DNA of 64,000 bases, taken from Candidatus Latescibacterota bacterium. Its GTDB lineage: Bacteria; Latescibacterota; UBA2968; UBA8231. This document shows positions 30,941 to 40,614 of this stretch, one piece after another; within the stretch, counting starts at the first letter, position 1, and every line of letters starts with the position of its first letter. The notes below the pieces were generated by a model. It was not told the origin of the DNA and did not search any database. It was given only the letters and a program-made list of their open reading frames with translations. The position numbers and the translations under genes are program-made. The stretch covers positions 5,440,001-5,504,000 of the forward strand of contig CBDETY010000003.1 in the NCBI GenBank assembly GCA_965243025.1, given 5' to 3'.

Positions 30941-31138
30941 CGTATAGGACTGATAAGCGGCCATTCTTGGTAGTCTATATCGGTTGGGACGTGAGGTCGA
31001 GACCTCCGGCTCGACGGGGATGGATGCTGCGCGAGGCTCACCGGCCGATGGTGAGCATGGATTGCGGGCGGGGTTGGGTTGAGCGACAAATTCTTGGGAG
31101 TTTTCAGGCCCGAAAGGACGATTCAGGCGTACGGATCC
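30941..31138 (-). mobile_element. 198 bp oriIS-end module A, copy 4
   Basis: Reverse complement of 19247-19444 with one terminal variant (TCCTATACG). Confidence 0.85.
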
Positions 31139-31470
31139 GCAGGCCATTTTTCCCAAAACCGGCCTATATCCTACCCGGCGATCAGCTTCCCTACCCGACT
31201 CGAGTCTATGGACCGCGGGTCTATGACAAGCTGATCGCGAAGGGCTTCAACCTCATCGTGACCAATCTGTTTCCGGTCTGGAACTGGACCACACACCAGG
31301 TGAAACCGGCGAACGGACCGGCCGATATCAACCTGATGCTGTGGCACCAGCGTGGCAACTACCGCTCGGAGGATCGCGACGAGACGCCCGATACGCGTAT
31401 CTACGATACCGACCGAATGAACCTGTTTACCTGGAAGCGCATCGAGGACCACATCGGATACCTTGCCCGG
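31139..31470 (+). pseudogene. Internal gene fragment, possibly DUF4038/glycoside hydrolase-like
   Basis: KGFNLI...N...W..IEDHI.YL pattern; lacks its own start and end. Confidence 0.35.
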
Positions 31471-31512
31471 CGTGCTGTTCTTGAAGGCGCGATAGCGGCG
31501 GCCGACCCGTCG

Positions 31513-32097
31513 CTAACGGAAGGCCCAGCCAAACGCCCCGACGGCGAACGGATAGAGCAGTGTCGATCCGGACAGCACCGCGGCGAATGCCACCAGATGG
31601 CGGATCCCGGCGGGCCGCGACGATATCCGATCCAGTGCAAACCACCCCGCGACGGCCAGCGCCAAGGGGGCGTAGACCCATGAGCGCGACGCCGTATCCG
31701 GGTCGACCGAAAGCGCGATCAGTAACACCGCCAGGCCGCACAGCATTGCCGCCAGACCGGTGATCGATATCGTGGTCCACCCCGACAGGCCGCGGTCTTG
31801 GCCGGCGGGCAGGCCGAACGCATGGGTTAGAATTGCACCGGCCGTCGCCCCGCACGCGTTGCTTGCCATGTCCACCAGACCGTAGGTCCGCACGGGGTGC
31901 AGACCTTGAATGAGCTCGTCATGGACGCCGTACAGGCTGGCGATCAGGGCCGCTCCCACGGTCAAGGACCAGCCGTTCAGATAGTGCCGAAGGCCGGCGC
32001 GAACGAGCCATGCCACCGCGATATATTCCGGAACGTGGATGCGTTTTGCGGGAAATCGGGGGTCGGTTAGCACGAGCCCGAGAACGGCCCGCCGCAC
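31513..32097 (-). pseudogene. VanZ-family membrane protein, probably 5'-truncated
   Basis: RIHVPEY, YGVHDELIQG.HP.R, D...N..G. Confidence 0.65.
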
Positions 32098-32099
32098 GA

Positions 32100-32232
32100 G
32101 TTCGTCGAGATGATCCTGGGGTTAGCCGATCACAACAGCGCGCCCATCGAAATTGGCGTTAAGGCCGTCGAACTGGTCGCCGGTGCCTACGAATCCGCGC
32201 GCGCTAACGCGCCGGTCAAAGTCGCCCCATGA
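32100..32232 (+). pseudogene. C-terminal stub of a Gfo/Idh/MocA oxidoreductase
   Basis: FVEMILG...AP...G.KAVELVAGAYESAR..APV*. Confidence 0.5.
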
Positions 32233-32305
32233 GTATATAGCTCCACACTCAAGGCGGTCGTAGACGCGGCCCGCCGCGTCCCATCACATACATGCGGATA
32301 TATCT

Positions 32306-33115
32306 ATGGCCCACGGCAGTAGCATACAAGCGCGCCTCAAAGACCGCGCCTACATCGTGACCGGCGCGGCCAGCGGCATCGGGCAAGGCGTGGCCATCCG
32401 CGTCGCGGCCGAAGGCGGCGATGTCGTGCTGGCCGACCTGAACGAAGACGGGTTACGGGAAACCGCCGCCACCATCGAGAAGGACGGTGGCCGGTGCACC
32501 GTGCTGGCCGGCGACGTCACGGAAACGGAATTCTCCGAGCGCGCCGTAGCATTTGCGCAGTCGGAATTCGGACGCATCGACGGCTGCGTGCCTTGTGCCG
32601 GCATCATCAAGATCCGGTCGATTGCCGAGGTAACCCGTGAGGAATGGGAGGCCGTGCTGGGGTTGAACCTCACCGCCGTGTTTTTCCTGGACCAGGCCGT
32701 TGCCGAAGCCGCGAAAGCCGCCGGTCAAGGCGGCGCCATCGTCAACCTGTCCTCCACCTCGGCTCACGGCGCGCGGCCGAATAACGTCGATTACGGCGTC
32801 AGCAAGATTGGCATCGACCATATGACGCGAACCCTGGCGCTGGAGTACGGGCCGTCTAATATCCGGGTCAATGCCGTGAGCCCCGGGGTAATCGACACAC
32901 CCATGTGGCGCGCCGTGGACCGCGACCGCGGGGCCCATCTCGGCCTCAAATCCGGCGAACTGACAAAAAAAATGATTGATGCGGTGCCCATGCACCGCGT
33001 CGCCCAGGCGTCTGAAATCGCGGCCCTCGTAGCCTTCCTGCTCTCCGATGAGGCCGAATACATAACGGGTCAGATCATCGAAATGGATGGAGGGTTCAAA
33101 CTCGCCAACCCGTAG
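32306..33115 (+). CDS. SDR family oxidoreductase
   Basis: TGAASGIG, YGVSK, IRVNAVSPG, ITGQ...DGG. Confidence 0.95.
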   Translation: MAHGSSIQARLKDRAYIVTGAASGIGQGVAIRVAAEGGDVVLADLNEDGLRETAATIEKDGGRCTVLAGDVTETEFSERAVAFAQSEFGRIDGCVPCAGIIKIRSIAEVTREEWEAVLGLNLTAVFFLDQAVAEAAKAAGQGGAIVNLSSTSAHGARPNNVDYGVSKIGIDHMTRTLALEYGPSNIRVNAVSPGVIDTPMWRAVDRDRGAHLGLKSGELTKKMIDAVPMHRVAQASEIAALVAFLLSDEAEYITGQIIEMDGGFKLANP

Positions 33116-33194
33116 AACCGGCAACTCGCCGTTTTGATCCGGCAGGGTGCCGGATCTACAGGGATCACGAAGACAAGACAGCGTGGATCGCGGG

Positions 33195-34058
33195 ATGGAA
33201 AACGTGACAGAGCTTGCGATAAGTCCCGACGCTCGCAGCTTGAGCGAAGAGGAAGTCGATCAATACAAAGAGCTAGGCTACGTCAAGAACCTGCCCGTGT
33301 TTTCCCCGGAGAGTGTCCCGGAACTGCAGTCCCGGTTCATGGACCTGATCGATGGAATTCCCGACAACGTGGACATCTACAGGGTCAACAACTGGCACAA
33401 GGCCAATCGCTGGATCTACGAACTGTCCCGGACGCCGGCCATCCTGGATTGCGTGGAGGCTGTGCTGGGACCCGATTTCCACCTGTGGGCGGGCGCCATG
33501 TTCATCAAGCGTCCGCATGACGGCAAGGTTGTTCCCTTCCACCAGGACGCCGGCTACTGGCCGCTGGAGCCCAGGGTCAACGCAACGGCCTGGCTGGCAG
33601 TCTTCGATACGGATTCTGAAAATGGCTGCATGCGCTTCGTACCGGGCAGTCATCGACAGGGCCCCATCGCCCATGAGGAACTCCCCGATTCGCCCGACTG
33701 GTCAAAAACGTCCGCCGAGGAGCAGGCCAACAGCAAGTACGTGCTCTGGCAACAGGTGGACCCGAACAGTTTCACGGAAGACCAGGTCATGGACATGGAC
33801 CTGAAGGCCGGAGAGATGTCACTGCATGATGACGACCTGATCCACGGATCCAAGGCCAACGAATCTGACCGCATGCGCGCCGGTATCGTGTTTCGCTACA
33901 TACCCGCCGAAGTGAAATGCGATTTGAGTGTCTGGCCCACCTTTGAAGTCTACCCGTGTCGGGGAACAGACCGCTTCGATCACAACCCGGTGGGCAAGGT
34001 CCCGGTGGGATACAGCTACCCGACAACGTTTAATCAACATTCAAGAGAATTTGAATGA
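33195..34058 (+). CDS. PhyH-family Fe(II)/2OG dioxygenase
   Basis: FHQDAGYW, NGCM..VPGSH, HGS..N.S...R. Confidence 0.9.
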   Translation: MENVTELAISPDARSLSEEEVDQYKELGYVKNLPVFSPESVPELQSRFMDLIDGIPDNVDIYRVNNWHKANRWIYELSRTPAILDCVEAVLGPDFHLWAGAMFIKRPHDGKVVPFHQDAGYWPLEPRVNATAWLAVFDTDSENGCMRFVPGSHRQGPIAHEELPDSPDWSKTSAEEQANSKYVLWQQVDPNSFTEDQVMDMDLKAGEMSLHDDDLIHGSKANESDRMRAGIVFRYIPAEVKCDLSVWPTFEVYPCRGTDRFDHNPVGKVPVGYSYPTTFNQHSREFE

Positions 34059-34182
34059 AGAGGAGTGCTGGCGTATTGTCGTTTCAGATTACCAATGCTC
34101 CATCACTCCAGTAATGCAACGACAGCGCGGCAAGTATTCGAATCATTTACGGCAGTCTCAGAATTCAAACAGGAACAGACAT

Positions 34183-35037
34183 ATGAAGAACCCGAAACTC
34201 GCCTGTGCCGACTTCACCTTCCCGCTCGTGTCGCATGATGAGGCGCTCGACATCATCGCCCTGCTCGGAATAAAGGGTGTGGACATCGGGCTCTTTGCCG
34301 GACGGTCGCACGTTCAACCGAGAGACATCTTTCCAAATATCCCCGCGGCCGCGCGGCGCATGAAGAAGAAACTGTCTGACCGGGGACTCAAGTTCGCCGA
34401 CATCTTCCTGATCCCGGCGCCGTCCGTGGCCGACATCGCACCGAACGACCCCAACCCCAGGGTCCGCCGCCGCTTCCGCGATATGTTCCAGCGCACACTG
34501 GAGTTTGTCGCCCGTTGCGATGCGCCGCATATGACAGGAGTGCCCGGCGTGACCTTCGATTCGGAGTCGCAGGGTGATTCCCTCAAGCGTGCCGCCGAAG
34601 AACTGACGTGGTGTGTCGAGCGGGCCAAGGAAGCCAAGGTGACCTTCTCCGTCGAGGCCCACATGTGGTCGGTCGCCCCCAACCCCAGGCTGGCCGCGAA
34701 GCTCGTCGCGATGACGCCGGGGCTGACGCTCACGCTGGATTACGGCCACTACACGACACAGGGCATGCCCGACCGCAGGATCGAGCCGCTCATGGAACAC
34801 GCGAGCCATTTCCACGCGCGCGCCACGTGCAAGGGGCTGTTGCAGACGACACTGAAGCAGAACACGGTCGATTACCGCCGGGTCGTTCGAACCATGAAGA
34901 AATGCAACTATCGCGGCTACATCGGGCTGGAATACGTCCGCATGGATGCCGATATAGTCCCGGACGTGGACAACCTGGCCGAGACCGTTCTCCTGCGCGA
35001 CCTGATAACCGGGGCGTGGAAGGGGCGGCAACGTTGA
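34183..35037 (+). CDS. Sugar phosphate isomerase/epimerase
   Basis: VEAH, LDYGH, HFHAR, YRGYIGLEY. Confidence 0.85.
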   Translation: MKNPKLACADFTFPLVSHDEALDIIALLGIKGVDIGLFAGRSHVQPRDIFPNIPAAARRMKKKLSDRGLKFADIFLIPAPSVADIAPNDPNPRVRRRFRDMFQRTLEFVARCDAPHMTGVPGVTFDSESQGDSLKRAAEELTWCVERAKEAKVTFSVEAHMWSVAPNPRLAAKLVAMTPGLTLTLDYGHYTTQGMPDRRIEPLMEHASHFHARATCKGLLQTTLKQNTVDYRRVVRTMKKCNYRGYIGLEYVRMDADIVPDVDNLAETVLLRDLITGAWKGRQR

Positions 35038-35219
35038 ACACGGCAGGCACCGCGGCGGTTGCGAATCCCGGCGCAACGGCTGAATGCTGCACGCAGGACA
35101 AACGCCACGAAATATCATGAATGCGGCGGCTCCATGCGCATCGTCGCCTGTGATGGTCGCCTCCCCGGTCGTTTCGCTACCACGCGAGAGTACAGAGAAC
35201 GGGATTCACCCCGGAGTCC

Positions 35220-35704
35220 ATGCGGGAGGAGGTCGCGGCGGCGGTTGATGACTTTCCGGGCCTGCGGCGAACGCAATGTCCACTACGTCGATGGCTGCGA
35301 CTTCCCGGCCGGGAGCACGCTCATCTTCTTCCCGACGAGCACCACCCGACGGTTACAAGGTTATGGTCCGTAACTTCCTCCGCGAGGTGGCCGGCAGAAT
35401 ACTCGTCGGCGGACCGGTCGCAACGGAGCAGCGGACTTTGCAGGAGGTCTCCAGATGGCTGTTTTCGAAGGCGCTGGCCCTGAGACCTGACTACGTCGAG
35501 GCCCAGATCGGGATCGGCGTAACCCACTTCAAGCTCGGCCGCTTCGAGGAGGCCGCGGCGGCATACGAACGAGCACTCGAGCTGGATCCGCGCAACCATC
35601 GCGTCCATCTCTACCTGGGGGATGTGTACGGAAAACTCGGCAGGGCCGATGACAGCAGGAGGCATTTCGATCGGGCGCGCAAGCTCGGGCAAGAGCAGCT
35701 GTAA
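35220..35704 (+). pseudogene. Frameshifted SGNH-hydrolase C-terminal remnant joined to TPR repeats
   Basis: NVHYVDG...LLPD..HP...GY..M across shifted frames, followed by two TPR-like repeats. Confidence 0.5.
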
Positions 35705-35793
35705 TCAATCACCGAGGCGGTCGCCGCGTCGGGCCTGACGATGGCGCATTTCCTCGTTTGCGGCGGCAGGGTACTACATCGAGGAGCACCCGA

Positions 35794-36972
35794 ATGAGAA
35801 TCACAAACGTCGAAATCGTTCAAGTCAGCGGCGTCTGGAGGGAGGAGGACTACAAGCCGAAATGGCGTCAGGTGCAGCCAATCGACATCTATCCCGATCT
35901 CGATCAGTTCGAACTGCGCACCTTCACGAGTGATCCTCATGAGATTCGCGCCTTGTATGTCGAAGTGCAGAGTGACGATGGTGTTTCCGGACTCTTCGGA
36001 CCTGTCCAGCGCAGCCAGGCCTTCATCGTCGCCCACGAGCTGCGTCCCTTTCTGATCGGGCGTGATCCTCTGGCGACGGAGCTGTTGCTCGACCAGATGA
36101 TGCGCCTGAACCGGCACGGTCGCTCGGGGATGTTCATGACCGGCGTCAGCGCTGTCGATTGCGCCCTGTGGGATCTCAAGGGGAAGGCCTGGGACAAGCC
36201 CGTTTACCGCCTGCTCGGAGGCCCGACTCGTCCGGCCGTTCCGGCTTACGCAAGCATGCTGGGCTATTCCTCTGAGCCCGAAGATGCGGCGAAGACCGCG
36301 CAGACGCTCAAAGAGAATGGCTATCAGGCCCAGAAGTGGTTCTTCGCCTGCGGGCCGGGCAGGGGAATGGAAGGGTTGGAAAAGAACATCGCCATGGCTC
36401 AGGCTGTACGAACGGCGGTTGGGCCGCACTACATGTTGATGTTTGACGCGTTCATGAGCTGGACTGTCCAGTACGCCGTGAAAATGGTGCAGGCTCTGGA
36501 GCCCATGAACCCGACGTGGGTGGAGGAACCAGTCCCTCCGGAGCGGGTTGGCGAACTCCGAAAGCTGCGGCAGGCGTCCCGGGTGCCGATTGCAACCGGC
36601 GAGCACGTTTTCACCCGCTGGCAGACCAAGGAGCTGCTGGTCAATGAAGCTGTGGATTGGCTGCAGAATGATCCGGATTGGACCGGCGGCGTGACAGAGT
36701 TGATGAAAATTTGCAGCCTGGCTTCGTCGTTTGACGTCCCGTTGGTTTCCCACGGGCACTCTCTGCTGCCCGCGTTACACATCGCGGGGGCGCAGTCGCC
36801 CACTGCTGTACCAATGGTGGAGTACCTACTCGCCTATCAGCCCATCAAGCAGTTTTTTCACAGGCCTTGCTACGAACCCGAACACGGATCGGTCGCCCTG
36901 CCCGATTTACCCGGGCTGGGCCTGGTGCTAGACGACGACAAGGTCGTGAGCCGGGAAGCTGTCCGTTTTTGA
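35794..36972 (+). CDS. Mandelate racemase/enolase superfamily dehydratase
   Basis: SAVDCALWDLKGK, MFDA, WVEEP, IATGEH, PGLG. Confidence 0.9.
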   Translation: MRITNVEIVQVSGVWREEDYKPKWRQVQPIDIYPDLDQFELRTFTSDPHEIRALYVEVQSDDGVSGLFGPVQRSQAFIVAHELRPFLIGRDPLATELLLDQMMRLNRHGRSGMFMTGVSAVDCALWDLKGKAWDKPVYRLLGGPTRPAVPAYASMLGYSSEPEDAAKTAQTLKENGYQAQKWFFACGPGRGMEGLEKNIAMAQAVRTAVGPHYMLMFDAFMSWTVQYAVKMVQALEPMNPTWVEEPVPPERVGELRKLRQASRVPIATGEHVFTRWQTKELLVNEAVDWLQNDPDWTGGVTELMKICSLASSFDVPLVSHGHSLLPALHIAGAQSPTAVPMVEYLLAYQPIKQFFHRPCYEPEHGSVALPDLPGLGLVLDDDKVVSREAVRF

Positions 36973-37148
36973 AGTTCACCGCGATGGCCACCCGATGCTG
37001 GCCAGATCCATGGGGTTCACTCCTCCCGGCCGGCGCGTCGCTCGGAGATGTCATCGTATACCATGCGCATTCGCGCACCTCCTCGCGCGCGCCATGTTTT
37101 CGTCGGGCCTGGCGCATCGCGGCGGTAATCGGAGGAGGATTGTCGTAA

Positions 37149-38054
37149 ATGACGGGCTTGAGCAAGAACCGGATCGACCAGTTCCTCGAAGATGGGTACC
37201 TGCAGCTCGATGGCCTGCTGCAGATGGATGACCTCAACCCGGTCATCTGGGAATTCGAAGGTGTGATCGACCGGGAAGCCCGGGGGCTGAAAGCCCGGGG
37301 CGACCTGACGAACCTCCACGAGTGCGAACCGTTCGACCGGCGCATCGCACTGCTCGCGGCCCAGGTTCCCGGCATCGCCCACTACCTGAGCCCCCACCGG
37401 GTCCTGGGGCCGGCCATGTTCAACCTGATGCGCAACGGGAAGCTGCTCGATGCGCTCGAGTCGCTGCTCGGCCCCGAGATCCTCTGCCATCCCACCCACG
37501 TGGTGCGGCCGCGGATGCGGGACCGGCCCAGGGGCGAGGAACGCTGGCGCCCCACCGACATCGTGCCCTGGCACCAGGACGCCGGGGTGCTGCGGCCGGA
37601 AGTTGACGATACCCTGTTGATAACGGCCTGGATTCCCCTGACCCGGGCGGATCGCGAGAACGGGTGCCTGATGGTGATTCCCGGCAGCCACCGCTACGGC
37701 GTGCGCCTGCACGAGGCGGCCACCAACTACGGCATCCCGGAACCGGAGGTGCCGCCGGGCGAGCCCATGGCCCTGCCCATCGGGCCGGGGGGCGTGATCC
37801 TGTTCAGCAGCCTGGTCTGCCACAGCGGCCTTCCGAGCGCTTCGGACCGCGTTCGCTGGAGCATCGACCTGCGCTACCAGGACCTCGCCCAGCCGACCGG
37901 CCATCCGTATTTCAGCGGCCACGTCGTCCGCAGCCGCCGGAACCCGGACAGTCCGCTGACCTACCCGGAATGGGTCACCATGTGGGAGAAGCAGCTCGTT
38001 CACGACGAGCCCTGGCCGCCGATTCCCCGCTGGCCGGGGTCACACTCCGTCTGA
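37149..38054 (+). CDS. PhyH-family dioxygenase
   Basis: PWHQD, WIPL, NGCL..IPGSH, RWSIDLRY. Confidence 0.9.
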   Translation: MTGLSKNRIDQFLEDGYLQLDGLLQMDDLNPVIWEFEGVIDREARGLKARGDLTNLHECEPFDRRIALLAAQVPGIAHYLSPHRVLGPAMFNLMRNGKLLDALESLLGPEILCHPTHVVRPRMRDRPRGEERWRPTDIVPWHQDAGVLRPEVDDTLLITAWIPLTRADRENGCLMVIPGSHRYGVRLHEAATNYGIPEPEVPPGEPMALPIGPGGVILFSSLVCHSGLPSASDRVRWSIDLRYQDLAQPTGHPYFSGHVVRSRRNPDSPLTYPEWVTMWEKQLVHDEPWPPIPRWPGSHSV

Positions 38055-38097
38055 TACGGAAACTGTCTGTCTACCAGGCCGGACCTCGAGAAGCAAA

Positions 38098-39771
38098 ATG
38101 GAATCGGTTCCCATGAGTCCGTTCGAGCTTTCGCCGGAGCACACGGCGGCAGCGGCGCGCAAGCGGCGCATCGTGGTAAACCACCAGGTCGACGGGCTGC
38201 TCAAGGCGGTCGACGCAGGCATGAGCATACCCGAGATCATGGAGTACGAGTTCGCCTTCGCCGACGAGGCGGGCACCCACATCGACGCCGAGTGGTGGTC
38301 GTGGGACAACGTGTTTCCGCTGGACGGGCACAAGCTGATCGACGCCGACAGCCTCGCCGTGCCGAAGTACCTGTCGGAGGAGAAGGTCGAGACGTTCCGG
38401 CGCTGGGCGGACGACGGCGTCAACATCGCCGAGGCCTACATCGAGGAGACCCGGCGCCGCGGGCTCGAGTGCTTCAATTCGTACCGCCTCAACGAAAGCC
38501 TGGTCAAGAACGGCGAAGAGGCCGGCGCCCGTCCCGACTGGATCATCCGGGGGGAATGGGACCAGCCGCTGGTCAACTTCGCGGTGCCGCAGGTCCGCGC
38601 CCGCAAGGTCGCCTACTTCCGCGAGCTGGTGGAGCGGTACGACTTCGACGGCCTCGAAGTGGACTTCGCGCGCGGCACGATCCTGACGCCTCCGGGCCGT
38701 CAGTGGGAGATGCGCCATCACGTCACGCGGTTTCTGCACGAGGTCAGGCAGGCCACCCTGGAGGTCGAGGCGCGGCGCGGCCGTCCCGTCCTGCTGGCGG
38801 TGCGCGTCCCGGACTGTCTGGCGGGATGCCACTTCGACGGACTGGACGTGGCGGCGTGGTTCGAGCTCAACCTGATGGACATGGTAGTCCTCGGCGTGCG
38901 CACGCTGGAGCTGGACGTCGCCGCGTTCCGTCACCTCGCGGGCGACAGGCCGGTCCAGATCCTGGCAACACTCGACGACCACCACTGTTCGGACGGGTAC
39001 TCGTGGCCGCCGATCGAGGTCTGGCGGGGGGTGGTCTGCAACTGGTGGATGCAGGGGATCGACGCCCTGCAAACCTTCAACTGGGGCGTCGCCCCGCCCC
39101 CGCTGGCGGAGCGGTTCGGGCTGAAGTTCCGCGGCGCCTACGACGAAGGGGGACGGCAGATCCCGGTGTACCGGCAGGCATACCGCGAACTGGGCGACCC
39201 CTCAGAGCTGCGCTTCAGGGACAAGCAGTTCGTCGTTCAGCGGCGCGGCGGGGGCGGCTCGGGGGGAGCGGAGGTCGACGAGTGGACGACCCCGCGCCAC
39301 AACTACCAGAACACCAACATGCTCGCCCAGCTGCCGGCGGCCATCGACCCGGGCGGCCGCGTCGATGCGATGGTCCGCCTCCGGGTCGGACAGGATCTCC
39401 GCGCCGACGCCAACCGCCTTTCCCACCTGTCGCTGAGACTGCTGCTGTCGGATGGAGCGCCAACGAGGGAACGCCGGGAGGCAACCCCTGACGACGGCCG
39501 CGTCGACCCGGTCTCGATCAATCCCTTCTGGGACATCGATCAGCTGTTCACAAGGCCGCCGCAAGCCGGCGTCGCCGACCGGCTCCGGGTGCGGATCAAC
39601 AACATTCCCCTGAGCCAGTGCCGCGCCGAGACGGGGTGGTTCGTCTTCGAGGTGGACCCGGCGGCGCTGGCGGTTGGGGAGAACCTGGTCGGCGTATCGA
39701 TCGAGTACGGACCGGAAACGGACCCGGTCAGTCTCGAGAAGCTCGAACTGCACGCGAGGTTCGCCGCATGA
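38098..39771 (+). CDS. GHL10-like TIM-barrel protein
   Basis: SYRLNE, NFA.P.VR, YDFDGLEVDFAR, VRVP, FNW. Confidence 0.7.
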   Translation: MESVPMSPFELSPEHTAAAARKRRIVVNHQVDGLLKAVDAGMSIPEIMEYEFAFADEAGTHIDAEWWSWDNVFPLDGHKLIDADSLAVPKYLSEEKVETFRRWADDGVNIAEAYIEETRRRGLECFNSYRLNESLVKNGEEAGARPDWIIRGEWDQPLVNFAVPQVRARKVAYFRELVERYDFDGLEVDFARGTILTPPGRQWEMRHHVTRFLHEVRQATLEVEARRGRPVLLAVRVPDCLAGCHFDGLDVAAWFELNLMDMVVLGVRTLELDVAAFRHLAGDRPVQILATLDDHHCSDGYSWPPIEVWRGVVCNWWMQGIDALQTFNWGVAPPPLAERFGLKFRGAYDEGGRQIPVYRQAYRELGDPSELRFRDKQFVVQRRGGGGSGGAEVDEWTTPRHNYQNTNMLAQLPAAIDPGGRVDAMVRLRVGQDLRADANRLSHLSLRLLLSDGAPTRERREATPDDGRVDPVSINPFWDIDQLFTRPPQAGVADRLRVRINNIPLSQCRAETGWFVFEVDPAALAVGENLVGVSIEYGPETDPVSLEKLELHARFAA

Positions 39772-39819
39772 AACTCGAGGAACAACCGGACGTGATTGAC
39801 GGCGGAGCAGGAGGCTGAG

Positions 39820-40596
39820 ATGGTGGTTACCGTCGGAGCGGCCTGCGTGGAAAACCGGGTGGGCGACCTCGACCACAACCTGGAGGCGGCGGTTTCGCTC
39901 GTACACCGCCTGGCCGAACGCGGGGCGCAGATCGCAGTTCTGCCCGAGGGCTGTCTTCAGGGATACCCTGTCGAGGGCGGTTTCAACGCGGAGCAGGCGC
40001 GGGAACTGGCCGAGCCCTTCGACGGCCCCTACGCCCGGGCTTTCCGCGACGCGGCGAAAGCCGCCGGCATCTACCTGGTTTCGGCCTACGACCGCCGCCA
40101 CGGCGACAGGATATTCAACACCGCGGAGCTGATCTCCCCCGACGGGGAGACCGTCGGCATCTACGACAAGACCCACACCGTAAACCGGGCAACCGGCGAT
40201 TACTACACCCCCGGCGCCGGGCTGCCGGTGTTCGACACCCGGTTCGGGAAGGTCGGCATTCTGATCTGCGTCGACCGCACCTACGCGGAGAACTGGCGCG
40301 TGCTCATGCTGCGGGGAGCCCGCCTCGTTCTCATCCCCTCCAACGGCGGCTGCAGCGAAAGGAACACCCACCGCCTGCAGGCCATGTGCTTCGATCAATG
40401 CCTCTGCTGCGCCTTCGCGCATCCCCGGCGGGGCCTGGTGATCGACGTGCAGGGGGACCTGCTCGACCGCGACGGGGACGAGGAAAAGCCCTTCGCACTG
40501 GGCGAGGTCGACCTGCGGGCGGCAGGCGACCGGCAGCTCGATCTGCGCCGCCGCCGCCGCCCCGAGCTCTACGGACCGGTGGTTCAGCCGCGGTAG
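39820..40596 (+). CDS. Carbon-nitrogen hydrolase
   Basis: AGGAGG RBS; LPE, YDKTH, ICVD. Confidence 0.9.
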   Translation: MVVTVGAACVENRVGDLDHNLEAAVSLVHRLAERGAQIAVLPEGCLQGYPVEGGFNAEQARELAEPFDGPYARAFRDAAKAAGIYLVSAYDRRHGDRIFNTAELISPDGETVGIYDKTHTVNRATGDYYTPGAGLPVFDTRFGKVGILICVDRTYAENWRVLMLRGARLVLIPSNGGCSERNTHRLQAMCFDQCLCCAFAHPRRGLVIDVQGDLLDRDGDEEKPFALGEVDLRAAGDRQLDLRRRRRPELYGPVVQPR

Positions 40597-40614
40597 AAGA
40601 GACAAGGGAGAAAA

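Noticed and set aside
30880-31089. Recurrent peptides such as RRSRPHVPTDIDYQEWPLISPIR in several ORFs
   Set aside because: Read-through translation of the non-coding module A, not a protein domain
13771-31138. Repeats as CRISPR array or DGR template/variable pair
   Set aside because: Irregular kb-scale spacing; no cas or reverse transcriptase gene; differences are synonymous rather than adenine-specific
34076-34125. Imperfect hairpin with CTCCA repeats (REP-like)
   Set aside because: Single copy in the window; cannot be supported as a repeat family
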